A stretch of 64,000 nt of DNA from positions 1 to 64,000 of the IMG/VR virus record IMGVR_UViG_3300024503_000485. The stretch is one strand, 5' to 3'. This document shows positions 19,225-27,917 of this stretch, one piece after another. Position 1 is the first letter of the stretch. Each line of letters opens with the position of its first letter. The position numbers and the translations under genes were made by a program. Under the pieces are notes generated by a model. That model ran no database searches. It saw nothing but the letters and a program-made list of their open reading frames with translations, and was not told where the DNA came from.

Positions 19225-20298
19225 ATGCCAGCAGTAATTGAGATTCGTGAGGGTTCGTATAAGATCCGTGGCTCAGATGTGAGCATGGCCGGTAACCGTT
19301 TCGAACTAGTAGAGCAATACAAAGAAGGTGCTCAGGGTGGTTATGTAACCGTAGAAGGTGGCTCTGTACAGCCTGCTAACCCTGGCATTCCAGATCGTAA
19401 GATCCGTATTCGTTGCAGTTCAGCACAAAGTTACATGATTGTCGCCGGTGAAGTGCCAGCAATGCCCGCAGGTGATAAAAGTTTGGAGCAGATTAAAATT
19501 TCAGATAATGCCGTAGCACACGAAACGGACGAGCAGATCATCGAACGTCTTCGTAACCGTTTTGACGTGCTCAAAGATATGACCAAAGCAGTCAAAGAAG
19601 GTACCGTGCGAGCTATGATCGTCACAGGCCCTCCAGGCGTGGGCAAGAGCTTTGGTGTAGAAGAAGTACTAAGCAAGGACGATCTCTTTGATATGATGGG
19701 TCAGCGCAAGCCCAAATATGAGATTGTCAAAGGCGCAATGTCAGCAGTGGGTCTGTACAGCAAGCTCTATCACTACAGCGAAAAAGGCAATGTTATCGTG
19801 TTTGATGACTGCGACTCTGTGCTGTTGGATGACCTTAGCCTTAATATTTTGAAGGCTGCTCTGGACTCTAGCAAGAAGCGTACTATCTCTTGGAACACTG
19901 ACAGCCGTGTTCTGCGTTCAGAAGGAGTGCCAGATCGCTTTGAATTTAAAGCAGGCGCTATCTTTATCACTAACATCAAGTTTGAGAATGTGCGTTCTAA
20001 GAAACTGCAGGATCACCTTGCCGCTCTTGAAAGCCGTTGCCACTACATTGATCTTCAAATGGACACAGATCGCGAAAAGGTCTTGCGCATTAAGCAGATC
20101 ACCCAAGATGGCATGTTGGACAGCTACGAGTTTGAAGACTGCGTTAAGGATGAGATCATTGATTACATTCTTGAAAAACGAGCACAAATGCGTGAGCTGA
20201 GCCTGCGTACGGTACTCAAGGTAGCAGACCTGCGCAAGAGCTTTCCTACAAATTGGAAGAGCATGGCAGAAGTTACCGTTATGAAGCGAGGTGCCTAA
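19225..20298 (+). CDS. AAA+ ATPase
   Basis: Walker A GPPGVGKS, Walker B IVFDDCD, ALESR arginine finger; start at ATG 19225 after GGAGCG. Confidence 0.85.
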   Translation: MPAVIEIREGSYKIRGSDVSMAGNRFELVEQYKEGAQGGYVTVEGGSVQPANPGIPDRKIRIRCSSAQSYMIVAGEVPAMPAGDKSLEQIKISDNAVAHETDEQIIERLRNRFDVLKDMTKAVKEGTVRAMIVTGPPGVGKSFGVEEVLSKDDLFDMMGQRKPKYEIVKGAMSAVGLYSKLYHYSEKGNVIVFDDCDSVLLDDLSLNILKAALDSSKKRTISWNTDSRVLRSEGVPDRFEFKAGAIFITNIKFENVRSKKLQDHLAALESRCHYIDLQMDTDREKVLRIKQITQDGMLDSYEFEDCVKDEIIDYILEKRAQMRELSLRTVLKVADLRKSFPTNWKSMAEVTVMKRGA

Positions 20299-20540
20299 TG
20301 GAAGGCCCGTCTAAGACCTGTACTTGGATTGGGCCCGAGCAGGACCCTTTGAAGCACTGGCCCATTCATTACTGCGGGTGTCCTAGTGTTCAAGGGTCTA
20401 GCTACTGCGCTGATCACTACTGGAAGGTCTATGCTCGAGGCACTTCAGTTAACGGCCGTCGACGTGAACGTGCCATAGAGCAAGAGATTCAACAACTTAA
20501 ACAAGCACAAGAGCTTGAGGAGTATGAAAATGAAAACTAA
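20298..20540 (+). CDS. GcrA C-terminal-like Cys-rich protein
   Basis: TCTWIG...HYCG...GSSYCADH resembles the GcrA pattern CxWPIG...FCG...GxxYCxxH. Confidence 0.55.
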   Translation: MEGPSKTCTWIGPEQDPLKHWPIHYCGCPSVQGSSYCADHYWKVYARGTSVNGRRRERAIEQEIQQLKQAQELEEYENEN

Positions 20541-20810
20541 CATCTTTACAATTGCCCTGCTGGCGCTTGTAATCGTATTCTTTTTTGCCGTAGGTCCTAT
20601 CCTGGTAATTTGGAGTATGAATACACTATTCCCCGTGTTGGCCATTCCGTATACGTTTTGGACATGGTTAAGCGTGGTCTTGCTCGGCGCATTCTTTCGA
20701 GCAAATGTTTCCATTAAACGGAAAGATTGAGGTTGCTATTTTACAACAAGAATGCTACTATATTGACACGCTGTGGAACACAGCCATATAACATAAAGGA
20801 AAACACAGAC

Positions 20811-21086
20811 ATGAAACGTATCTCTAAAGACTCAAAGACTTTTAAGATTTTTACTGCACTACAAAATGGTGACAAACTAACTGCAAGCCAAGCTGAGAAG
20901 CGTTTTGGCGTAAAGAACCTGGCTGCTGAAGCAAGCCGTCTCCGCCAAGCTGGTTATGCTGTTTATGCTAACTCTCGCAAGGCAGGTAATGGTGTTACCG
21001 TTACTGAGTATGAACTAGGCCGTCCTTCACGCGAGATCGTTGCTCTAGGCTACTTAGCTCGTAACATGGGCATGACATTGGCTTAA
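20811..21086 (+). CDS. winged helix-turn-helix DNA-binding protein
   Basis: LQNGDKLTASQAEKRFGVKNLAAEASRLRQAGYAVY...YELG; AAGGA RBS. Confidence 0.75.
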   Translation: MKRISKDSKTFKIFTALQNGDKLTASQAEKRFGVKNLAAEASRLRQAGYAVYANSRKAGNGVTVTEYELGRPSREIVALGYLARNMGMTLA

Positions 21087-21162
21087 TAGGTCGCTCCACA
21101 AAACCAAGCCGATTCGCTCCCGGGGCGGTTTTGGAATAGGGTCCTAAGGGCCCTATTTTTTT
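21086..21162 (+). ncRNA. candidate 3'UTR anti-RBS sRNA A
   Basis: Seed ATAGGTCGCTCC; hairpin CAAAACC/GGTTTTG enclosing CCG-ATTCGCTCC-CGG; terminator AATAGGGTCC-TAA-GGGCCCTATT plus T-run. Confidence 0.55.
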
Positions 21163-21257
21163 GGCCGTTTGTTGCAAAAAAGCCACAGGCCGGCACTCTC
21201 CAAAATGGTTGACAGAACTGCTGTTTGATGGTATAATAGAGTTATTGTTAAGGAGCG

Positions 21258-21905
21258 ATGATGAGCACATTTACAGCAGATCAAGTTTGGGGCCTAGCTG
21301 TTAGGGCTGATACACAGAATGGCGGCTACTGCAAAGAGCCTGTATTCGCTGCTACCGCTACACACGGGATCGATTACAATAACGTGATCAAACAAGCCAA
21401 CAAGGTTCTGGTCAAGAACTGGCTCAGAGAGAATGCTCAGCCTACAGCAGAAGAGATCACTCTTGGCCAAGAGTATCGTAACTATTTCAAAACATTCACC
21501 CTCAAAGCACTCACTGGCAAGATCAATGACTTTGAGACCACAGCTATGAAGATTGCAGCCAAAGACGAGTTCACTGGCCGTGATATGTTGGACTTTGCTG
21601 TTGTCAGCTGTTTACCCAGCGTAGCTCGTCGTGATAAGGCCCAAACAGAGCTCAAGCGAGAGATCTATCAAAGCGAGCAACTCTCCGGCGCTGTAGGTGA
21701 TGAGATCGTAGGGGAGATCGAAGTGATCCGCACACGATTCAACCCTGAATACAACAAGTATCGCATCACTGCTCGTATGGGTGAGAGCTTTATTGATTTT
21801 TGGTACAAGGATGATGTCAAAGGCACTATCCGTATCAAGGGCAAGATCAAGAATGTTCGTGGCGATAAAACAACACAGCTCAACTATGTTAAAAAAGTTG
21901 GTTGA
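21258..21905 (+). CDS. hypothetical early protein (possible C-terminal OB fold)
   Basis: Own promoter plus GGAGCG RBS; ends KGKIK...TQLNYVK. Confidence 0.7.
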   Translation: MMSTFTADQVWGLAVRADTQNGGYCKEPVFAATATHGIDYNNVIKQANKVLVKNWLRENAQPTAEEITLGQEYRNYFKTFTLKALTGKINDFETTAMKIAAKDEFTGRDMLDFAVVSCLPSVARRDKAQTELKREIYQSEQLSGAVGDEIVGEIEVIRTRFNPEYNKYRITARMGESFIDFWYKDDVKGTIRIKGKIKNVRGDKTTQLNYVKKVG

Positions 21906-21982
21906 CAACTGCACCAAGAGGTGCTACAATAATGATACTGGGAAAGTAATTGTTTTAACTCTTTTTATTAGCGAGGTCTAGA

Positions 21983-23068
21983 ATGGCAAAAGCACAAGAC
22001 GTTTCCGTCCGTCAAGTTGGCCCTAAGGGTGCCAAAAAAGCAATCCGTCACGCAATTAAAATGCGTCGTCCTGTATTCCTGTGGGGCCCTCCAGGTATTG
22101 GTAAGTCCGATCTCGTGAAGCAGATCGGTGATGATTCCAACCGTGAGGTTATTGATGTGCGCCTAGCACTTTGGGAACCCACCGACATCAAAGGTATTCC
22201 GTATTACAACGCAGACCAGGGCAAGATGGTTTGGGCTCCTCCCGCAGAACTGCCCATTGACCCAGAGTCCACTGCTATCATCTTCTTGGATGAATTGAAC
22301 TCTGCTCCTCCTGCTGTTCAGGCCGCGGCCTATCAGTTGGTGCTGAACCGTCGTGTTGGTACCTATGTTCTGCCTAAGGGTGTTGACGTAGTCGCCGCTG
22401 GTAACCGTGAAGGTGACCGTGGTGTTACCTATCGTATGCCTGCTCCGTTGGCTAACCGCTTCCTGCACTTGGAAATGAAGGTGGACTTTGATGACTGGCA
22501 AGATTGGGCTACCCTTAACAAGGTGCATCCTGAGGTTGTAGGTTATGTGGGTTTTGCCAAGCAAGACTTGTATGACTTCGATCCTAAGAGCCCTAGCAAG
22601 TCATTTGCTACTCCTCGTTCTTGGAGTTTCGTCAGCGACCTGTTAGGTGATGACGGTGTTGACGAAGATACTTTGTCTACATTGGTAAGTGGTGCTATTG
22701 GTGACGGCTTGGCTGTTAAGTTTATGGCTCACCGTAAGATTGCTGGCAAATTGCCTAAGGCAGAAGACATCCTTATTGGCAAGGTCAAGGACCTTCAGAT
22801 CAAGGAAGTGTCAGCGATGTATTCTTTGACCGTTTCATTGTGCTACGAGTTGAAAGACCGTGCAGAGAAAAAGGTTAAAGATTGGGATGCTCAGGCAGAC
22901 AACTTCTTCCGCTACATGATGGACAATTTCCCAACTGAGATTGTGGTCATGGGTGCTAAGACTGCTCTTACCAACTACGACTTGCCGTTGGACGCTACAA
23001 AGATGAAGAGCTTTGACGAGTTCCACAAGCGTTTTGGTAAGTATGTTTTGAAAGCGATGGAGAATTAA
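21983..23068 (+). CDS. MoxR-like AAA+ ATPase
   Basis: GPPGIGKS, IIFLDE, AAGNR, PLANRF, TPRSW. Confidence 0.9.
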   Translation: MAKAQDVSVRQVGPKGAKKAIRHAIKMRRPVFLWGPPGIGKSDLVKQIGDDSNREVIDVRLALWEPTDIKGIPYYNADQGKMVWAPPAELPIDPESTAIIFLDELNSAPPAVQAAAYQLVLNRRVGTYVLPKGVDVVAAGNREGDRGVTYRMPAPLANRFLHLEMKVDFDDWQDWATLNKVHPEVVGYVGFAKQDLYDFDPKSPSKSFATPRSWSFVSDLLGDDGVDEDTLSTLVSGAIGDGLAVKFMAHRKIAGKLPKAEDILIGKVKDLQIKEVSAMYSLTVSLCYELKDRAEKKVKDWDAQADNFFRYMMDNFPTEIVVMGAKTALTNYDLPLDATKMKSFDEFHKRFGKYVLKAMEN

Positions 23069-23225
23069 GACCTCGCCCATCGCCGGGCGGGGGCTCACCC
23101 AGGGCTTCCGCCCACCTTTTGGAGTGCCGGGCGGTGTTGTAAATACGCAACATCGTCCGGTTTCTTTTTGGTTGACAAACCCGGATCCTGGTGCTATAAT
23201 ATACACATACTAAGGAGAGCGACTA

Positions 23226-24434
23226 ATGTCTACAAACATCGTTGATAAATTAACTACTGCACGGGTCGGTCTATTGCTCAAAGCACCGTTCTTTGGCAAC
23301 ATGGCAACTCGTATGCGTTTAGTCTGTGCTGACGACTGGTGCCCTACTGCGGCGACCAATGGCCGTGACTTTTATTACAACACAAAGTTCATCGAAAAAC
23401 TTTCAGAGAAAAAACTAGAGTTCCTGTTTGGTCACGAGATCCTTCACTGCGTGTTTGATCACTTTGGCCGTGTAGGTAGCCGTGATCGTCAACTTTCTAA
23501 CATCGCACAGGACTTTGCTGTAAACCAAATCCTTGTAGACGAGCGTATTGGTGAGAAGATCACTGAGGTTAAGATCTGTTATGATCCTAAGTTCCGTGGA
23601 CTTGCTTGGGAAGAAATCTACGATATTCTGTATGAAAAAGCAGAGAAGATTCCTATGGATCAACTGATGAAAGAGTTGGGCGATCTGTTGGACGAGCACA
23701 TTAAGGAACAAGAGGGTGCTGGCTCAGAAGATGACAAGACCAAAGACGGTAAGAGCAAGCCTAGCCTTAGCAAAGAAGAAGCAGAACGCATCAAGCAAGA
23801 GATCAAAGAAGCAATGATCCAAAGTGCCGCGGCCGCTGGTGCAGGCAAGACTCCTGCAGGCATTATGCGTATGATTAAGTCTATGACTGAGCCTAAGATG
23901 GACTGGCGTCAGTTGGTGCAACAAGAGATCCAAAGCATTGTTCGCAACGACTACTCCTTCCAGCGTGTTAATCGCAAGAGTATGCACTCAGGCGCAATCT
24001 TGCCAGGCATGAAAGAAGCAACTACCATTGACGTGGCTATTGCTGTTGACATGAGTGGTAGTATTGGTGAAGAAGATGCCAGCACATTCCTTTCGGAGAT
24101 CAAAGGCATCATGGACCAATACGAGGACTTCAAGATCAACCTGTGGTGCTTTGACACAGAGATCTATAACCCACAAGAGATCACTCATGACAACTCACAT
24201 GACTTGCTTGAGTATGAACCTCAAGGTGGCGGTGGCACAGACTTTGATGTCAACTTTACCTACATGGAAGAGAATGACATTCGCCCTAAGAAGTTCATTA
24301 TGTTCACAGACGGCTATCCCTGTGGTAGTTGGGGTCCTGAGGACTACTGCGACACAATCTTTATCGTTAAGGGCAATACACAAGCAGAGGCGCCCTTTGG
24401 TCAAACGGTGATCTACGAAAAAGAGGCGGGCTAG
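23226..24434 (+). CDS. putative metallopeptidase plus VWA domain protein (DUF2201-like)
   Basis: TAATNG, HEILH (HExxH), DMSGS MIDAS, GGGGTDF, MFTDG. Confidence 0.9.
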   Translation: MSTNIVDKLTTARVGLLLKAPFFGNMATRMRLVCADDWCPTAATNGRDFYYNTKFIEKLSEKKLEFLFGHEILHCVFDHFGRVGSRDRQLSNIAQDFAVNQILVDERIGEKITEVKICYDPKFRGLAWEEIYDILYEKAEKIPMDQLMKELGDLLDEHIKEQEGAGSEDDKTKDGKSKPSLSKEEAERIKQEIKEAMIQSAAAAGAGKTPAGIMRMIKSMTEPKMDWRQLVQQEIQSIVRNDYSFQRVNRKSMHSGAILPGMKEATTIDVAIAVDMSGSIGEEDASTFLSEIKGIMDQYEDFKINLWCFDTEIYNPQEITHDNSHDLLEYEPQGGGGTDFDVNFTYMEENDIRPKKFIMFTDGYPCGSWGPEDYCDTIFIVKGNTQAEAPFGQTVIYEKEAG

Positions 24435-25550
24435 GAGAGTGCCGGGGGGTGTGGCTAAAAAGCCACACTTCCACCAAAGGCCCCGCTGCTACACGTATGC
24501 ACGTATATAGATTATGGTTGACAGATAGATAATTTGGCCTTATAATACATATACACAGACACAGAAAGGGGCGGTAAATGGAACTAGTAATTGCATTTGT
24601 CCTTGGGCTCATAGTAATGGACTTAATGTGGGCCTGGCGCTTGGGCATCCCTCAGATGCTTTGGGCACGTTGGAAGTATCGCAAAGTCCTTAAACAAATG
24701 TCAGAACAGGAGCAATCATGAAAGTATTCATCGCAGGTACAATCTTTGGTCTCGTAGTGGCTACCGTAGGATTATCGGGCATCGCTAAGATCTTCGATAA
24801 TGGGGTTGCCAAAGTCCAGGAAGTATCTAAAGAAGCTGCGAAGTAATGCCTAGATACACGTTCTGGCGCAATTCTATAATCTGCGAAGTCTACGAACTTG
24901 AAGCAGGTTCAGAAGAGGAAGCACGTGAAAAGCTCATGAATGGAGAAGTGGACCCAATGACCGAAGAATGGGTTGATTGGGCCACTGACAACTTCGAGCT
25001 GGAAGACGTGGAAGATGAATTGGTAACATTCTTAAAATCAAAGGAAACAACATGACTTTTGGTATGATCGTTGAAGATCCCTTTTATGATGAAGATGGTG
25101 TACTCATTGACGAGGATGCTGATTGGGAAGATGTTGCAGACCCGGGCGACCTAGTCTACAACGAAGACATCGGCGAATGGTTGGACAAAGAGCTAGCTGC
25201 TCACGATCGCACCTACAGCCCATTCGATACAATCAACAGCTAACGTACATCATTTTGGTTGACAACTTGGCTTTTTGGTGTTAAACTATAGGCATAGTGA
25301 AAGGAGCCAGCTGTGAATCAAAATGAATTTGAATACCTGAAGCGAGCCGTTGATGCATTGGGATCGTCAGAGACAACTCCGATGGCCCGTGTCAAGATCT
25401 TAAGGACGATGGAGCAGATCGCCGGACGCTGTGCCGTGGTGATCGAGAGGGAGTTCCAAGACCGCGTAGATCAGAACTTGGCCAATGCACATTTGGTTGA
25501 CCTTTTGAGAAAATGATTGTATAATTTTAACACTAACTTAAGGAGCGAAT

Positions 25551-26177
25551 ATGCCTAATTGGTGCAACAACAACTTGACGCTGGAGCATGATGATCCAGC
25601 AATGATTACCCGTGCTAAAGAAGCACTTGATCGTGGAGAGTTCCTGCAGGAGTTTATTCCTGTGCCCAAAGAACTCACAGAGACCATGGCAGGATCCTAC
25701 GGGGATGATGCCAAACAAAAGGATCTGGAAGCACAGATGAAAGCCAATGTGGCCAAATATGGCTACAGCAACTGGTATGACTTCTGCGTGGGTGAATGGG
25801 GAACCAAATGGGATGTAGGCGGTGATGGACAAAGCGACATCCACCCAGACGGTAAGAGTCTATTCACTTCTTTTGATTCAGCATGGTCACCACCCGTGAA
25901 TGCTTATCAGAAGTTGGAACAACTTGGCTTCCGTGTGAACGCAATGTTCTACGAATCCGGTATGGCATTTGCTGGTATTTACGAAGATGGCAACTGCGAG
26001 GACTTTAGCCTAGAAGGCATGAGTGCCGATGAGATCGAGCAGAACTATCCAGAGTTGGACGAAGCATTCTGCATCGCCGAGGCTATCCGTGAATTCCAGG
26101 AAGAGGACGAAGAGCTCACAGAGTGGATCAAGGATGGTGTTGAGCAGAACAAGAAACTAGGACTTGTTTCAGAATGA
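25551..26177 (+). CDS. DUF1281/YubB ferredoxin-like protein
   Basis: MPNWCNN start, WYDFCVGEWGTKWD, FDSAWSPP, YESGMAFAG. Confidence 0.8.
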   Translation: MPNWCNNNLTLEHDDPAMITRAKEALDRGEFLQEFIPVPKELTETMAGSYGDDAKQKDLEAQMKANVAKYGYSNWYDFCVGEWGTKWDVGGDGQSDIHPDGKSLFTSFDSAWSPPVNAYQKLEQLGFRVNAMFYESGMAFAGIYEDGNCEDFSLEGMSADEIEQNYPELDEAFCIAEAIREFQEEDEELTEWIKDGVEQNKKLGLVSE

Positions 26178-26473
26178 TGCACATTGTTAAACTCGACAAG
26201 AGATACGATGGTTATGGAAGATTTAGCCATCGTGTCGAGTTTATCAGTTATGGCGCAGGTGCGAGGCTTACAGATCAAAAGAATTGGATTAAGTCTCGCA
26301 ACTACTTGTGGACGCAATTCGGTCCGAGTGCCGAATTGCACCTAGCTCGCCCAGAGTTATTCGATGGGGTCCAACCAAAATGGGCCTGGGATGATTCTAA
26401 GAGTGCTATATATTTGAAAGACGAATCTTACACAATGTTCGTTTTGAAATGGGAGTCATGGCAAAATGCCTAG
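26174..26473 (+). CDS. hypothetical protein
   Basis: Coupled ORF. Confidence 0.6.
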   Translation: MMHIVKLDKRYDGYGRFSHRVEFISYGAGARLTDQKNWIKSRNYLWTQFGPSAELHLARPELFDGVQPKWAWDDSKSAIYLKDESYTMFVLKWESWQNA

Positions 26474-26741
26474 AGAGTTTAACTTCAGTTTTCACGTGGT
26501 CTGCGCCGGGGACGGCAAGGCAGACGTGGGCCGAGTCGAAGAAATGATCGATTTGGCCATGCAGGATCTGGTCTACGACGACGAGTTCATCGCCGCCTTG
26601 GACGAGAAGGACAGCGTTACTATTCAAGTAATTCCGCAATTTGGACAAACAAATGGTTGACAAACTTGAATAGTGATGCTACATTATTAACATGCCCAAT
26701 AGGCATATCTTTAACACACACACTTTTTGGAGAACTTTAAA

Positions 26742-27044
26742 ATGGCTACAGATAAGAAATTTGCGGTTGCTGGTGTTTCGACACTGGAAGGTAAGACCAA
26801 GCTTCGTTTCGCTAACGATGTTATGCGCATCAAGATCTTGGCAAAGAACGGTCACAAGGATGTTGAGCTCGTTGAGCTGCCATCAGAGATGACCAAGGCT
26901 GAGGCTGTACAACACCTCAAGAGCGTTGGTTTCGGCTCAGGCAATGCTGCTGTACAAGCTGCGATCGCCTACGCTGAGAAGAAGAATCCAGCCCCTAAAG
27001 CTGTTAAGACTACTGCCGCGAAGGCAGAGGCTGTTACCGCTTAA
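26742..27044 (+). CDS. small basic phage protein with Ala/Lys-rich tail
   Basis: FAVAGVS...KLRFAND.MRIKILAKNGH; own promoter. Confidence 0.75.
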   Translation: MATDKKFAVAGVSTLEGKTKLRFANDVMRIKILAKNGHKDVELVELPSEMTKAEAVQHLKSVGFGSGNAAVQAAIAYAEKKNPAPKAVKTTAAKAEAVTA

Positions 27045-27113
27045 ATCCGATTCGCTCCCGGTAGCGGTAACCTTGGGCCCTAGTATGCACACGTATACTA
27101 GGGCGTTTTTTTT
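27033..27113 (+). ncRNA. candidate 3'UTR anti-RBS sRNA B
   Basis: GTTACCGCT/AGCGGTAAC stem enclosing CCG-ATTCGCTCC-CGG; terminator GCCCTAGTAT/ATACTAGGGC plus T8. Confidence 0.55.
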
Positions 27114-27189
27114 GACTTCGGTTGACAACTGGATTAACTGATCATATAATAGTATTAACGAATTGGAGCACAGGAGCTTAAATACACAC

Positions 27190-27516
27190 ATGAGCAAATT
27201 AGAATACCTTGCAAGACCTCTGGTAGCATTCGATGCTTATAACAAAGATCATAGGCGCTACTACGCAGAGTTCCTAGAATACGGTGGATGGGGGCGATGT
27301 CCAGTTCGCTTTATTTGTCCCAGTGATTCCGGTTCAGATCTAACACTAATGATCAAGAACCACCTAACTGAATACTACATTGATCGCGAGTTTGGGGGCG
27401 GCAAACTGCAACAGCTCAAAAGCGAAGAACTCAGCGAAACCGCAGACGAAATGTATCGAAGAGCAGGGAAACTTCGTAAGGAAGCAGCCGCCCTGTTGAA
27501 TCCCAGGAGAACCTAA
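27190..27516 (+). CDS. hypothetical phage protein
   Basis: RPLVAFDAYNKDHR...WGRCPVRF. Confidence 0.7.
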   Translation: MSKLEYLARPLVAFDAYNKDHRRYYAEFLEYGGWGRCPVRFICPSDSGSDLTLMIKNHLTEYYIDREFGGGKLQQLKSEELSETADEMYRRAGKLRKEAAALLNPRRT

Positions 27517-27902
27517 TGAGCGACCTTGATGTAACCATGATCATCCTTTACGGCCTTGGCCTACTTTCAGGCTGGTGGGCATCTAAGATCTTTCATCTGC
27601 ACCTACTACGCAGCATCCTGAAGGATCTTGGGGTGAGTCAGCAGGATCTACTCGCACTCCTTAACCGATCAGAAGAAGAATCATCCGATGATCCCGAGCT
27701 GGATCAGATCGATATCAAAGTTGAGAAGCATAGTAACACACTCTATGCGTTTCGTAAAGACAACGATCAGTTCCTAGGGCAGGGCAACAGCAAGGAGCAG
27801 CTGATCGAAGCCATGGCGCAGCGTATGAAGAATGTAAGGTTGATCGTGGTTGAGGGCCGTGAATACATGGAGTCCAAAACGGTTGACACGACCGCGGTTT
27901 GA
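27516..27902 (+). CDS. membrane-anchored hypothetical protein
   Basis: N-terminal TM helix, AGGAG RBS. Confidence 0.65.
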   Translation: MSDLDVTMIILYGLGLLSGWWASKIFHLHLLRSILKDLGVSQQDLLALLNRSEEESSDDPELDQIDIKVEKHSNTLYAFRKDNDQFLGQGNSKEQLIEAMAQRMKNVRLIVVEGREYMESKTVDTTAV

Positions 27903-27917
27903 GCTTACAATTGAGTT

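Larger units (their letters stand above)
20731..24467. promoter_or_regulatory. four 18-bp palindromic operator-like sites TGTKGY-N6-RCMACA
   Basis: 20731 GGTTGC-TATTTT-ACAACA; 21170 TGTTGC-AAAAAA-GCCACA; 23135 TGTTGT-AAATAC-GCAACA; 24450 TGTGGC-TAAAAA-GCCACA. Confidence 0.7.

Noticed and set aside
22163-24411. Antisense and alternate-frame ORFs over the MoxR and VWA genes (and similar ones across the window)
   Set aside because: They overlap strongly supported genes and lack an RBS and motifs; expected shadow ORFs
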